Below, piece after piece: positions 37,546 to 51,200 of a stretch of DNA of 64,000 bases. Origin of the DNA: Eledone cirrhosa (lineage: Eukaryota); contig OZ024741.1 of NCBI GenBank assembly GCA_964016885.1, positions 254,696,001-254,760,000 on the forward strand, in the 5' to 3' direction. Under the pieces are notes generated by a model. That model was not told where the DNA came from and did no database searches. It saw nothing but the letters and a program-made list of their open reading frames with translations. How positions within the stretch are numbered: position 1 is the stretch's first letter; each line of letters starts with the position of its first letter. A program made the position numbers and the translations under genes.

Positions 37546-38941
37546 TCTCTATATATATAAAACGGAAGATGTCTGTCTGTGTGTGTGTGTATGAGTTTTA
37601 TGCATTTCCACATTTCTCTACCGATTTTGATGATTTTTTCCAATGTGCTTCAAATTGACCAAGGCTGGTCAACGCGTAATAAAGTTTGCCAAAAGTTTCC
37701 TGCTTCTATGAAAAAATCGATAAAACTAAATACATGCTGTAACCCTCTCTCTTACACGTTTATTCACTCTCACTACTACCTTCAACAATCTATGAAACTA
37801 CATACATGTTGCAACTCTCTTTAAAAGGTTCATCGTTTCCTCTACTCCACTCTCAATCTCCTCTGCAACTCTCTTTAAAAGGTCTTTAAAAGGTTACTGC
37901 CTCCGTCTACTACCCTATCACCATTACAGTTTAGAACAGCGACAAAACTTCTTTTCAAGGAACGCGACACAAACTTTGAAAACTAAGCAACACATCGATT
38001 TATACAACAACAAACATAGCTTCACTCTCTCCGTCGCTCTTCCCTCTCTCTACAATAGATTATTCCCTTCTCTATAATTTAACTACTTTGCTGTCTTCAT
38101 GCTTCGAGGTTTAACACACCTCCTTATGGTTTCTTAGCTTCATTCTATCCGTCGCTCTACCCCTCTCTCTATAATAGATCATTCCCCCTCTTCGTTCAGG
38201 AACGCGAAATAAACTTTGATAACTAAGCAACACATCATTTTATACAACAACAAACATAGTCATAACGACGCTCATATATCAAATAACAAAACTTAAAAAG
38301 CCGATAACACTAAATACATATTCCTCTCTCAACGTTACATTCTACATCAAATAATAAATGTATTTATAAAACAACAGATGTATTTATAAAACAACAGATG
38401 TATTTATAAAACAACAAACGTAATCATAACGACGCTTAAGCATTCATTTACTTGAATCTCAACAAAGACATTATATTTTATTGTTGTCCATTTTGTAATT
38501 TTTTTTCTTTGTTTTTCGCAATATGAGACAAAAAATGTGTGCTCCTAAATATCGCCCCTGTTTACACTCTTTTGTGCTATAACTCAGACGGGCTTGGCTT
38601 ACAGGTTTGACCTACTATTTGACGTGCATTCTTCATACAACTTACTTAATACTCACTTTCCACTTATTCACTGATCAGTTGAAATTTTTCGCTACTCCCC
38701 TCGATACCCAGCAGCATCAGGGCCACCATCTTGCAACTTTGGTCTGCTAAATTCGCTATTGGAAGATTATTAACCCATCATTGATTGTCTAAAATTCTAA
38801 TTGGTTCGTAACTTTTAATAACCTGTTCAACTGCTTTATGTACTTAATTGATAAGCTTATTCGCTTTCAAGCCACGTTTACCTGTGTGTAACTTTTCATA
38901 GCAAATGAACAAACCCGAGCAACACCGGGCTAAACTGCTAG
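37546..38941 (+). mobile_element. Non-autonomous Helitron 2
   Basis: 5' TCTCTATATATATAAAACGGAAGATGTCTGTCTGTGTG and 3' CCCGAGCAACACCGGG hairpin followed by CTAAACTGCTAG|T, which are canonical Helitron termini. Internal ~240-bp and 20-bp duplications. Confidence 0.8.
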
Positions 38942-39080
38942 TAAAAGATAAAGTAATAACAATGCAGATCAAGGATAAACAGTAATAAATAATAAAATAT
39001 ATAAATGTATCAGTTGGAAAAGTGACAGGAATAGTGAATGTCTTGACTGACTTCATATTGAATCCGGTGAACCGTTATTA

Positions 39081-39214
39081 CCTTAATATATAATGGGCAT
39101 TTCTCTGTTTGTTTGTCTGTCTGTCCGTCTGTAAAAAATAACAAATAGACGCGGTTTCAAATCTCTATGCTTTTCAAATTCATTACATTAATCTTTATTT
39201 ATACGTTTCGCTTT
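39081..39214 (+). mobile_element. Helitron-like 5' end leading into the satellite
   Basis: ccttaatatataatgggcatttctctgtttgtttgtctgtctgtccgtctgt has the same layout as the two preceding Helitron heads. No 3' end is in the window. Confidence 0.45.
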
Positions 39215-42200
39215 ACGAGTGTTTCGACTTACGAGTGTTTCGACTTACGAGTGTTTCGACTTACGAGTGTTTCGACTTACGAGTGTTTTGACTTACGAGT
39301 GTTTCGACTTACGAGTGTTTTGACTTACGGGTGTTTCGACTTACGAGCGTTTCGATTTACGAGTGTTTCGGCTTACGAGTATTTCGGCTTACGGGTGTTT
39401 CGGCTTACGAGTGTTTCGGCTTACGAGTGTTTCGACTTACGAATGTTTTGACTTACGAGTGTTTCGGCGTACGAGTGTTTCGACGTACGAGTGTTTCGAC
39501 TTACGAGTGTTTTGCCTTACGAGTGTTTTGACTTACGGGTGTTTCGGGTTACGTGTGTTCCGACTTACGGGTGTTTCGACTTACGAATGTTTTGACTTAC
39601 GGGTGTTTCGGCTTACGAGTGTTCTGACTTACGAGTGTTCTGACTTACGAGTGTTCTGACTTACGAGTGTTCTGACTTACGAGTGTTCTGACTTACGAGT
39701 GTTCTGACTTACGAGTGTTCCGACTTATGAGTGTTCCGACTTACGAGTGTTTCGACTTACGAGTGTTTCGACTTACGAGTGTTTCGACTTACGAGTGTTC
39801 TGACTTACGGATGTTCTGACTTACGAGTGTTCTGACTTACGAGTGTTCTGACTTACGAGTGTTCCGACTTACGAGTGTTTCGGCTCACGAGTGTTTCGGC
39901 TTACGAGTGTTTCGACTTACGAAAATAACAAATAGACGCGGTTTCAAATCTCTATGCTTTTCAAATTCATTACATTAATCTTTATTTACATGTTTCGACT
40001 TACGAGTGTTTCGACTTACGAGTGTTTCGACTTACGAGTGTTTCGACTTACGGGTGTTTCGACTTACGAGTGTTTCGACTTACGAGTGTTTTGACTTACG
40101 AGTGTTCTGACTTACGAGTGTTCTGACTTACGAGTGTTTCGACTTACGAGTGTTCTGACTTACGAGTGTTCTGACTTACGAGTGTTCCGACTTACGAGTG
40201 TTTCGACTTACGAGTGTTTCGACTTACGAGTATTTCGACTTACGAGTGTTTCGGCTTACGAGTGTTTTGACTTACGAGTGTTCTGACTACGAGTGTTCTG
40301 ACTTACGAGTGTTTCGGCTTATGAGTGTTTCGACTTACGAGTGTTTCGGCTTATGAGTGTTTCGACTTACGAGTGTTTCGGCTTACGGGTGTTTCGACTT
40401 ACGAGTGTTTCGACTTACGGGTGTCTCGACTTACGGGTGTTTCGACTTACGAGTGTTTCGACTACGAGTGTTTCGACTTACGAGTGTTTCGGCTTACGAG
40501 TGTTTCGACATACGGGTGTTTCGACTTACGGTGTTTCGGCTTACGAGTGTTTCGACTTACGAGTGTTCTGACTTACGAGTGTTCTGACTTATGAGTGTTC
40601 TGACTTACGAGTGTTCTAACTTACGAGTGTTCCGACTTACGAGTGTTTCGGCTTACGAGTGTTTCGGCTTACGAGTGTTTCAACTTACGAGTGTTTCGAC
40701 TTACGAGTGTTTCGACTTACGAGTGTTTCGACTTACGAGTGTTTTGACTTACGAGTGTTTTGACTTACTGGTGTTTTGACATACGAGTGTTTCGATACGA
40801 GTGTTTCGACTTACGAGTGTTCTAACTTACGAGTGTTCTGACTTACGAGTGTTCTGACTTACGAGTGTTCTAACTTACGAGTGTTCTGACTTACGAGTGT
40901 TCTGACTTACGAGTGTTCCGACTAACGAGTGTTTCGGCTCACCAGTGTTTCGGCTTACGAGTGTTTCGACTTACGAAAATAATAAATAGAAGCGGTTTCA
41001 AATTTCTATGCTTTTCAAATTCATTACATTAATCTTTATTTATACGTTTCGCTTTACGAGTGTTTCGACTTACGAGTGTTTCGACTTACGAGTGTTTCGG
41101 CTTACGATTGTTTTGACTTACGAGTGTTTTGACTTACATGTGTTTCGACTTACGCGTGTTTCGACTTACGAGTGTTTCGACTTGCGAGTGTTTCGACTAC
41201 GGGTGTTTCGACTTACGAATGTTTTGACTTACGGATGTTTTGACTTACGGGTGTTTCGGCTTACGAGTGTTTCGACTTACGAGTGTTCTGACTTACGAGT
41301 GTTCTGACTTACGAGCGTTTCGACTTAAGAGTGCTTCGGATTACGAGTGCTTCGACTTACGAGTGTTTCGGCTTACGAGTGTTTCGACTTACGAGTGTTT
41401 TGACTACGAGTGTTCTGACTTACGTGTGTTCTGACTTACGAGTGTTCCGACTTACGAGTGTTTCGGCTTATGAGTGTTTAGACTTACGAGTGTTTCGGCT
41501 TTCGAGTGTTTCGACTTACGAGTGTTTCGGGTTACGAGTGTTTCGACTTACGAATGTTTTCGCTTACGAGTGTTTCGGCTTACGAGTGTTTCGACTTACG
41601 AGTGTTTCGACTTACGAGTGTTTTGACTTACGGTTTTTCGGCTTGCGAGTGTTTCGACATACGAGTGTTTTGACTTACGGGCGTTTCGACTTACGGGTGT
41701 TTCGACTTACGAGTGTTTCGACTTACGAGTGTTCTGACTTACGAGTGTTCCGACTTTACGAGTGTTTCGGCTCACGAGTGTTTCGGCTTACGAATGTTTT
41801 CGCCTACGAGTGTTTCGACTTACGAGTGTTCCGACTTACGGGTGTTTCGACTTACGAGTGTTTTGGCTTACGGTCTTTCGGCTTACGAGTGTTTCGAGTT
41901 AAGAGTGTTTTGACTTACGCGTGTTTTGACATACGAGTGTTCTGACTTACGAGTGTTCTGACTTACGAGTGTTCTGACTTACGAGTGTTCCGACTTTACG
42001 AGTGTTTCGGCTCACGAGTGTTTCGGCTTACGAGTGTTTCGACTTACGAAAATAACAAATAGACGCGGTTTCAAATCTCTATGCTTTTCAAATTCATTAC
42101 ATTAATCTTTATTTATACGTTTCGCTTTACGAGTGTTTAGACTTACGAGTGTTTCGACATACGAGTGTTTCGACTTACGAATGTTTTTGCTTACGGGTGT

Positions 42201-45200
42201 TTCGACTTACGAATGTTTTTGTTTACGAGTGTTTCGGTTTACGAGTGTTCCGACTTACGAGTGTTCCGACATACGAGTGTTTCGGCTTACGAGTGTTTCC
42301 GGCTTACGAGTGTTTCGACTTACGAGTGTTTCGACTTACGAGTGTTTTGACTTACGGTGTTTCGGCTTACGAGTGATTAGTCTTACGAGTGTTTTGACTT
42401 ACGGCTGTTTTGACTTACGAGTGTTCTGACTTACGAGTGTTCTGACTTACGAGTGTTCTTACTTACGAGTGTTCCGACTTACGAGTGTTCCGACTTACGA
42501 GTGTTCTGACTTACGAGTGTTCTGATTTACGGATATTTCGACACTCGAGTGTTTCGAATTACGAGTGTTTCGACTTACGAGTGTTTTGACTTACGGGTGT
42601 TTTGACATACGAGTGTTTCGATACGAGTGTTTCGACTTACGAGTGTTCTGACTTACGAGTGTTCTGATTTACGAGTGTTCTGACTTACGAGTGTTCTTAC
42701 TTACGAGTGTTCCGACTTACGAGTGTTCCGACTTACGAGTGTTTCGGCTTACGAGTGTTTCGGCTTACGAGTGTTTCGACTTACGAATGTTTCGACTTAC
42801 GAGTGTTCCGACTTACGGGTGTTTCGACTTACGAGTGTTTTGGCTTACGGTGTTTCGGCTTACGAGTGTTTCGAGTTACGAGTGTTTTGACTTACGCGTG
42901 TTTTGACATACGAGTGTTTCGATACGAGTGTTCTGACTTACGAGTGTTCTGACTTACGAGTGTTCTGACTTACGAGTGTTCTGACTTACGAGTGTTCCGA
43001 CTTTACGAGTGTTTCGGCTCACGAGTGTTTCGGCTTACGAGTGTTTCGACTTACGAAAATAACAAATAGACGCGGTTTCAAATCTCTATGCTTTTCAAAT
43101 TCATTACATTAATCTTTATTTATACGTTTCGCTTTACGAGTGTTTCGACTTACGAGTGTTTCGACATACGAGTGTTTCGGCTTACGAGTGTTTTGATTTA
43201 CGAGTGTTTTGACTTACGGGTGCTTCGACTTACGCGTGTTTCGACTTACGAGTGTTTCGACTTACGAGTGTTTCGACTTACGAGTGTTTCGGCTTACGAG
43301 TGTTTTGACTTACGAATGTTTTGACTTACGATTGTTTCGGCTTACGAGTGTTTCGACTTACGAGTGTTCTGACTACGATTGTTCTGACTTACGGGTGTTC
43401 TGACTTACGAGTGATTCGACTTACGAGTGTTTCGGCTTACGGGTGTTTCGACTTACGAATGTTTTTGCTTACGAGTGTTTCGGCTTACGAGTGTTTCGGC
43501 TTATGAGTGTTTCGACTTACGAGTGTTTTGACTTACGGGTGTTTTGACATACGAGTGTTTCGATACGAGTGTTCTGACTTACGAGTGTTTCCGCTTACGA
43601 GTGTTTCGGCTTACGAGTGTTTCGACTTACTAATTTTTTTACTTACGTGTGTTTCGGTGTACGAGTGTTTCAACTTAAGGATGTTTCGACTTACGAGTGT
43701 TTCGACTTACGAGTGTTTCGACTTACGAGTGTTTTGGCTTACGAATGTTTTGACTTACGGGTGTTTCGACTTACGGGTGTTTCGGCTTACGAGTGTTTCG
43801 ACTCACGAGTGTTTTGACTTACGAGTGTTCTGACTTACGAGTGTTCTGACTTAAGAGTGTTCCGACTTACGAGTGTTCCGACTTACGAGTGTTTCGGCTT
43901 ACGAGTGTTTCGGCTTACGAGTGTTTCGGCTTACGAGTGTTTTGACTTACGAGTGTTCTGACTACGAGTGTTCTGACTTACTTGTGTTCTGACTTACGAG
44001 TGTTCCGACTTACGAGTGTTTCGGCTTATGAGTGTTTCGACTTACGGGCGTTTCGACTTACGGGTGTTTCGACTTACGAGTGTTTTGACTTACGAGTGTT
44101 CTGACTTAGGAGTGTTCTGACTTACGAGTGTTCCGACTTACGACTGTTTCGACTTACGAGTGTTTTGACTTACGAGTGTTCCGACTTACGAGTGTTTCGG
44201 CTTACGGGTGTTTCGACGTACGAGTATTTTTGGCTTACGAGTGTTTTGAATTACGATTGTTTCGGCTTACGAGTGTTTCGACTTACGAGTATTTCGACTT
44301 ACGAGTGTTTTGACTTATGGGTGTTTTGACATACGATTGTTTCGATACGAGTGCTCTGACTTACGAGTGTTCTGACTTACGAGTGTTCTGACCTACGAGT
44401 GTTCTGACTTACGGGTGTTCTGACTTACGTGTGTTCCGACTTACGAGTGTTTCGGCTATGGGTGTTTCGACTTACGAGTGTTTCGACTTACGAATGTTTT
44501 GGCTTACGAGTGTTTCGGCTTACGAGTGTTTCGACTTACGAATGTTTTGGCTTACGAGTGTTTCGGCTTACGGGTGTTTCGACTAATGAGTGTTTCGACT
44601 TACGAGCGTTTTTACTTACGGTGTTTCGGCTTACGAGTTATTCGACATACGAGTGTTTCGACTTACGGGTGTTTCGACTTACGGGTGTTTCGACTTACGA
44701 GTGTTTCGATTACGAGTGTTCTGACTTACGAGTGTTCTGACTACGAGTGTTCCGACTTACGAGTGTTTCGGTTTACGAGTGTTTCGACACACGAGTGTTT
44801 TGACTTACGGGGGTTTCGACTTACGGGTGTTTCGACTTACGAGTGTTTCGGCTTACGAGTGTTTCGACTTACTAATGTTTTTAATTACGAGTGTTTCGGT
44901 GTACGAGTGTTTCGACTTAAGGATGTTTCGACTTACGAGTGTTTCGACTTACGAGTGTTTCGGCTTACGTGAGTTTCGACTTAAGGGTGTTTTGACTTAC
45001 GGGTGTTGTGAATTACGAGTGTTCCGATTTACGAGTGTTTTGACTAACGGTGTTTCGGCTTACAAGTTATTCGACTTACGAATGTTTTGACTTACGGGTG
45101 TTTCGGCTTGCGAGTGTTTCGACTTACGAGTGTTTCGGCTTATGAGTGTTTCGACTTACTAATGTTTTTACTTACGAGTGTTTCGGCGTACGAGTGTTTT

Positions 45201-48200
45201 GACTTACGAGTGTTTCGACTTACGAGTGTTTTGACTTACGAATGTTTTGACTTACGGGTGTTTCGGCTTACGAGTGTTTCGACTTACGAGTGTTTCGGCT
45301 GGCGAGTGTTTCGACTTACCAGTGTTTTGACTTAAGGGTGTTTCGACTTACGAGTGTTTCGACTTACGAGTGTTTCGACTTACGAGTGTTTCGGCTTACG
45401 AGTGTTGCGACTTACGAAAATAACAAATAGACGCGGTTTCAAATCTCTATGCTTTTCAAATTCATTACATTAATCTTTATTTATACGTTTCGCTTTACGA
45501 GTGTTTCGACTTACGAGTGTTTCGACATACGAGTGTTCTGACTTACGAGTGTTCTGACTTACGAGTGTTTCGACTTACGAGTGTTCTGACTTACGAGTGT
45601 TCTGACTTACGAGTGTTCCGACTTACGAGTGTTTCGACTTACGAGTGTTTCGACTTACGAGTGTTTCGACTTACGAGTGTTTCGGCTTACGAGTGTTTTG
45701 ACTTACGAGTGTTCTGACTACGAGTGTTCTGACTTACGAGTGTTTCGGCTTATGAGTGTTTCGACTTACGAGTGTTTCGGCTTATGAGTGTTTCGACTTA
45801 CGAGTGTTTCGGCTTACGGGTGTTTCGACTTACGAGTGTTTCGACTTACGGGTGTCTCGACTTACGGGTGTTTCGACTTACGAGTGTTTCGACTACGAGT
45901 GTTTCGACTTACGAGTGTTTCGGCTTACGAGTGTTTTGACTTACGGTTTTTCGGCTTGCGAGTGTTTCGACATACGAGTGTTTTGACTTACGGGCGTTTC
46001 GACTTACGGGTGTTTCGACTTACGAGTGTTTCGACTTACGAGTGTTCTGACTTACGAGTGTTCCGACTTTACGAGTGTTTCGGCTCACGAGTGTTTCGGC
46101 TTACGAATGTTTTCGCCTACGAGTGTTTCGACTTACGAGTGTTCCGACTTACGGGTGTTTCGACTTACGAGTGTTTTGGCTTACGGTCTTTCGGCTTACG
46201 AGTGTTTCGAGTTAAGAGTGTTTTGACTTACGCGTGTTTTGACATACGAGTGTTCTGACTTACGAGTGTTCTGACTTACGAGTGTTCTGACTTACGAGTG
46301 TTCCGACTTTACGAGTGTTTCGGCTCACGAGTGTTTCGGCTTACGAGTGTTTCGACTTACGAAAATAACAAATAGACGCGGTTTCAAATCTCTATGCTTT
46401 TCAAATTCATTACATTAATCTTTATTTATACGTTTCGCTTTACGAGTGTTTAGACTTACGAGTGTTTCGACATACGAGTGTTTCGACTTACGAATGTTTT
46501 TGCTTACGGGTGTTTCGACTTACGAATGTTTTTGTTTACGAGTGTTTCGGTTTACGAGTGTTCCGACTTACGAGTGTTCCGACATACGAGTGTTTCGGCT
46601 TACGAGTGTTTCCGGCTTACGAGTGTTTCGACTTACGAGTGTTTCGACTTACGAGTGTTTTGACTTACGGTGTTTCGGCTTACGAGTGATTAGTCTTACG
46701 AGTGTTTTGACTTACGGCTGTTTTGACTTACGAGTGTTCTGACTTACGAGTGTTCTGACTTACGAGTGTTCTTACTTACGAGTGTTCCGACTTACGAGTG
46801 TTCCGACTTACGAGTGTTCTGACTTACGAGTGTTCTGATTTACGGATATTTCGACACTCGAGTGTTTCGAATTACGAGTGTTTCGACTTACGAGTGTTTT
46901 GACTTACGGGTGTTTTGACATACGAGTGTTTCGATACGAGTGTTTCGACTTACGAGTGTTCTGACTTACGAGTGTTCTGATTTACGAGTGTTCTGACTTA
47001 CGAGTGTTCTTACTTACGAGTGTTCCGACTTACGAGTGTTCCGACTTACGAGTGTTTCGGCTTACGAGTGTTTCGGCTTACGAGTGTTTCGACTTACGAA
47101 TGTTTCGACTTACGAGTGTTCCGACTTACGGGTGTTTCGACTTACGAGTGTTTTGGCTTACGGTGTTTCGGCTTACGAGTGTTTCGAGTTACGAGTGTTT
47201 TGACTTACGCGTGTTTTGACATACGAGTGTTTCGATACGAGTGTTCTGACTTACGAGTGTTCTGACTTACGAGTGTTCTGACTTACGAGTGTTCTGACTT
47301 ACGAGTGTTCCGACTTTACGAGTGTTTCGGCTCACGAGTGTTTCGGCTTACGAGTGTTTCGACTTACGAAAATAACAAATAGACGCGGTTTCAAATCTCT
47401 ATGCTTTTCAAATTCATTACATTAATCTTTATTTATACGTTTCGCTTTACGAGTGTTTCGACTTACGAGTGTTTCGACATACGAGTGTTTCGGCTTACGA
47501 GTGTTTTGATTTACGAGTGTTTTGACTTACGGGTGCTTCGACTTACGCGTGTTTCGACTTACGAGTGTTTCGACTTACGAGTGTTTCGACTTACGAGTGT
47601 TTCGGCTTACGAGTGTTTTGACTTACGAATGTTTTGACTTACGATTGTTTCGGCTTACGAGTGTTTCGACTTACGAGTGTTCTGACTACGATTGTTCTGA
47701 CTTACGGGTGTTCTGACTTACGAGTGATTCGACTTACGAGTGTTTCGGCTTACGGGTGTTTCGACTTACGAATGTTTTTGCTTACGAGTGTTTCGGCTTA
47801 CGAGTGTTTCGGCTTATGAGTGTTTCGACTTACGAGTGTTTTGACTTACGGGTGTTTTGACATACGAGTGTTTCGATACGAGTGTTCTGACTTACGAGTG
47901 TTTCCGCTTACGAGTGTTTCGGCTTACGAGTGTTTCGACTTACTAATTTTTTTACTTACGTGTGTTTCGGTGTACGAGTGTTTCAACTTAAGGATGTTTC
48001 GACTTACGAGTGTTTCGACTTACGAGTGTTTCGACTTACGAGTGTTTTGGCTTACGAATGTTTTGACTTACGGGTGTTTCGACTTACGGGTGTTTCGGCT
48101 TACGAGTGTTTCGACTCACGAGTGTTTTGACTTACGAGTGTTCTGACTTACGAGTGTTCTGACTTAAGAGTGTTCCGACTTACGAGTGTTCCGACTTACG

Positions 48201-51200
48201 AGTGTTTCGGCTTACGAGTGTTTCGGCTTACGAGTGTTTCGGCTTACGAGTGTTTTGACTTACGAGTGTTCTGACTACGAGTGTTCTGACTTACTTGTGT
48301 TCTGACTTACGAGTGTTCCGACTTACGAGTGTTTCGGCTTATGAGTGTTTCGACTTACGGGCGTTTCGACTTACGGGTGTTTCGACTTACGAGTGTTTTG
48401 ACTTACGAGTGTTCTGACTTAGGAGTGTTCTGACTTACGAGTGTTCCGACTTACGACTGTTTCGACTTACGAGTGTTTTGACTTACGAGTGTTCCGACTT
48501 ACGAGTGTTTCGGCTTACGGGTGTTTCGACGTACGAGTATTTTTGGCTTACGAGTGTTTTGAATTACGATTGTTTCGGCTTACGAGTGTTTCGACTTACG
48601 AGTATTTCGACTTACGAGTGTTTTGACTTATGGGTGTTTTGACATACGATTGTTTCGATACGAGTGCTCTGACTTACGAGTGTTCTGACTTACGAGTGTT
48701 CTGACCTACGAGTGTTCTGACTTACGGGTGTTCTGACTTACGTGTGTTCCGACTTACGAGTGTTTCGGCTATGGGTGTTTCGACTTACGAGTGTTTCGAC
48801 TTACGAATGTTTTGGCTTACGAGTGTTTCGGCTTACGAGTGTTTCGACTTACGAATGTTTTGGCTTACGAGTGTTTCGGCTTACGGGTGTTTCGACTAAT
48901 GAGTGTTTCGACTTACGAGCGTTTTTACTTACGGTGTTTCGGCTTACGAGTTATTCGACATACGAGTGTTTCGACTTACGGGTGTTTCGACTTACGGGTG
49001 TTTCGACTTACGAGTGTTTCGATTACGAGTGTTCTGACTTACGAGTGTTCTGACTACGAGTGTTCCGACTTACGAGTGTTTCGGTTTACGAGTGTTTCGA
49101 CACACGAGTGTTTTGACTTACGGGGGTTTCGACTTACGGGTGTTTCGACTTACGAGTGTTTCGGCTTACGAGTGTTTCGACTTACTAATGTTTTTAATTA
49201 CGAGTGTTTCGGTGTACGAGTGTTTCGACTTAAGGATGTTTCGACTTACGAGTGTTTCGACTTACGAGTGTTTCGGCTTACGTGAGTTTCGACTTAAGGG
49301 TGTTTTGACTTACGGGTGTTGTGAATTACGAGTGTTCCGATTTACGAGTGTTTTGACTAACGGTGTTTCGGCTTACAAGTTATTCGACTTACGAATGTTT
49401 TGACTTACGGGTGTTTCGGCTTGCGAGTGTTTCGACTTACGAGTGTTTCGGCTTATGAGTGTTTCGACTTACTAATGTTTTTACTTACGAGTGTTTCGGC
49501 GTACGAGTGTTTTGACTTACGAGTGTTTCGACTTACGAGTGTTTTGACTTACGAATGTTTTGACTTACGGGTGTTTCGGCTTACGAGTGTTTCGACTTAC
49601 GAGTGTTTCGGCTGGCGAGTGTTTCGACTTACCAGTGTTTTGACTTAAGGGTGTTTCGACTTACGAGTGTTTCGACTTACGAGTGTTTCGACTTACGAGT
49701 GTTTCGGCTTACGAGTGTTGCGACTTACGAAAATAACAAATAGACGCGGTTTCAAATCTCTATGCTTTTCAAATTCATTACATTAATCTTTATTTATACG
49801 TTTCGCTTTACGAGTGTTTCGACTTACGAGTGTTTCGACATACGAGTGTTCTGACTTACGAGTGTTCTGACTTACGAGTGTTTCGACTTACGAGTGTTCT
49901 GACTTACGAGTGTTCTGACTTACGAGTGTTCCGACTTACGAGTGTTTCGACTTACGAGTGTTTCGACTTACGAGTGTTTCGACTTACGAGTGTTTCGGCT
50001 TACGAGTGTTTTGACTTACGAGTGTTCTGACTACGAGTGTTCTGACTTACGAGTGTTTCGGCTTATGAGTGTTTCGACTTACGAGTGTTTCGGCTTATGA
50101 GTGTTTCGACTTACGAGTGTTTCGGCTTACGGGTGTTTCGACTTACGAGTGTTTCGACTTACGGGTGTCTCGACTTACGGGTGTTTCGACTTACGAGTGT
50201 TTCGACTACGAGTGTTTCGACTTACGAGTGTTTCGGCTTACGAGTGTTTCGACATACGGGTGTTTCGACTTACGGTGTTTCGGCTTACGAGTGTTTCGAC
50301 TTACGAGTGTTCTGACTTACGAGTGTTCTGACTTATGAGTGTTCTGACTTACGAGTGTTCTAACTTACGAGTGTTCCGACTTACGAGTGTTTCGGCTTAC
50401 GAGTGTTTCGGCTTACGAGTGTTTCAACTTACGAGTGTTTCGACTTACGAGTGTTTCGACTTACGAGTGTTTCGACTTACGAGTGTTTTGACTTACGAGT
50501 GTTTTGACTTACTGGTGTTTTGACATACGAGTGTTTCGATACGAGTGTTTCGACTTACGAGTGTTCTAACTTACGAGTGTTCTGACTTACGAGTGTTCTG
50601 ACTTACGAGTGTTCTAACTTACGAGTGTTCTGACTTACGAGTGTTCTGACTTACGAGTGTTCCGACTAACGAGTGTTTCGGCTCACCAGTGTTTCGGCTT
50701 ACGAGTGTTTCGACTTACGAAAATAATAAATAGAAGCGGTTTCAAATTTCTATGCTTTTCAAATTCATTACATTAATCTTTATTTATACGTTTCGCTTTA
50801 CGAGTGTTTCGACTTACGAGTGTTTCGACTTACGAGTGTTTCGGCTTACGATTGTTTTGACTTACGAGTGTTTTGACTTACATGTGTTTCGACTTACGCG
50901 TGTTTCGACTTACGAGTGTTTCGACTTGCGAGTGTTTCGACTACGGGTGTTTCGACTTACGAATGTTTTGACTTACGGATGTTTTGACTTACGGGTGTTT
51001 CGGCTTACGAGTGTTTCGACTTACGAGTGTTCTGACTTACGAGTGTTCTGACTTACGAGCGTTTCGACTTAAGAGTGCTTCGGATTACGAGTGCTTCGAC
51101 TTACGAGTGTTTCGGCTTACGAGTGTTTCGACTTACGAGTGTTTTGACTACGAGTGTTCTGACTTACGTGTGTTCTGACTTACGAGTGTTCCGACTTACG

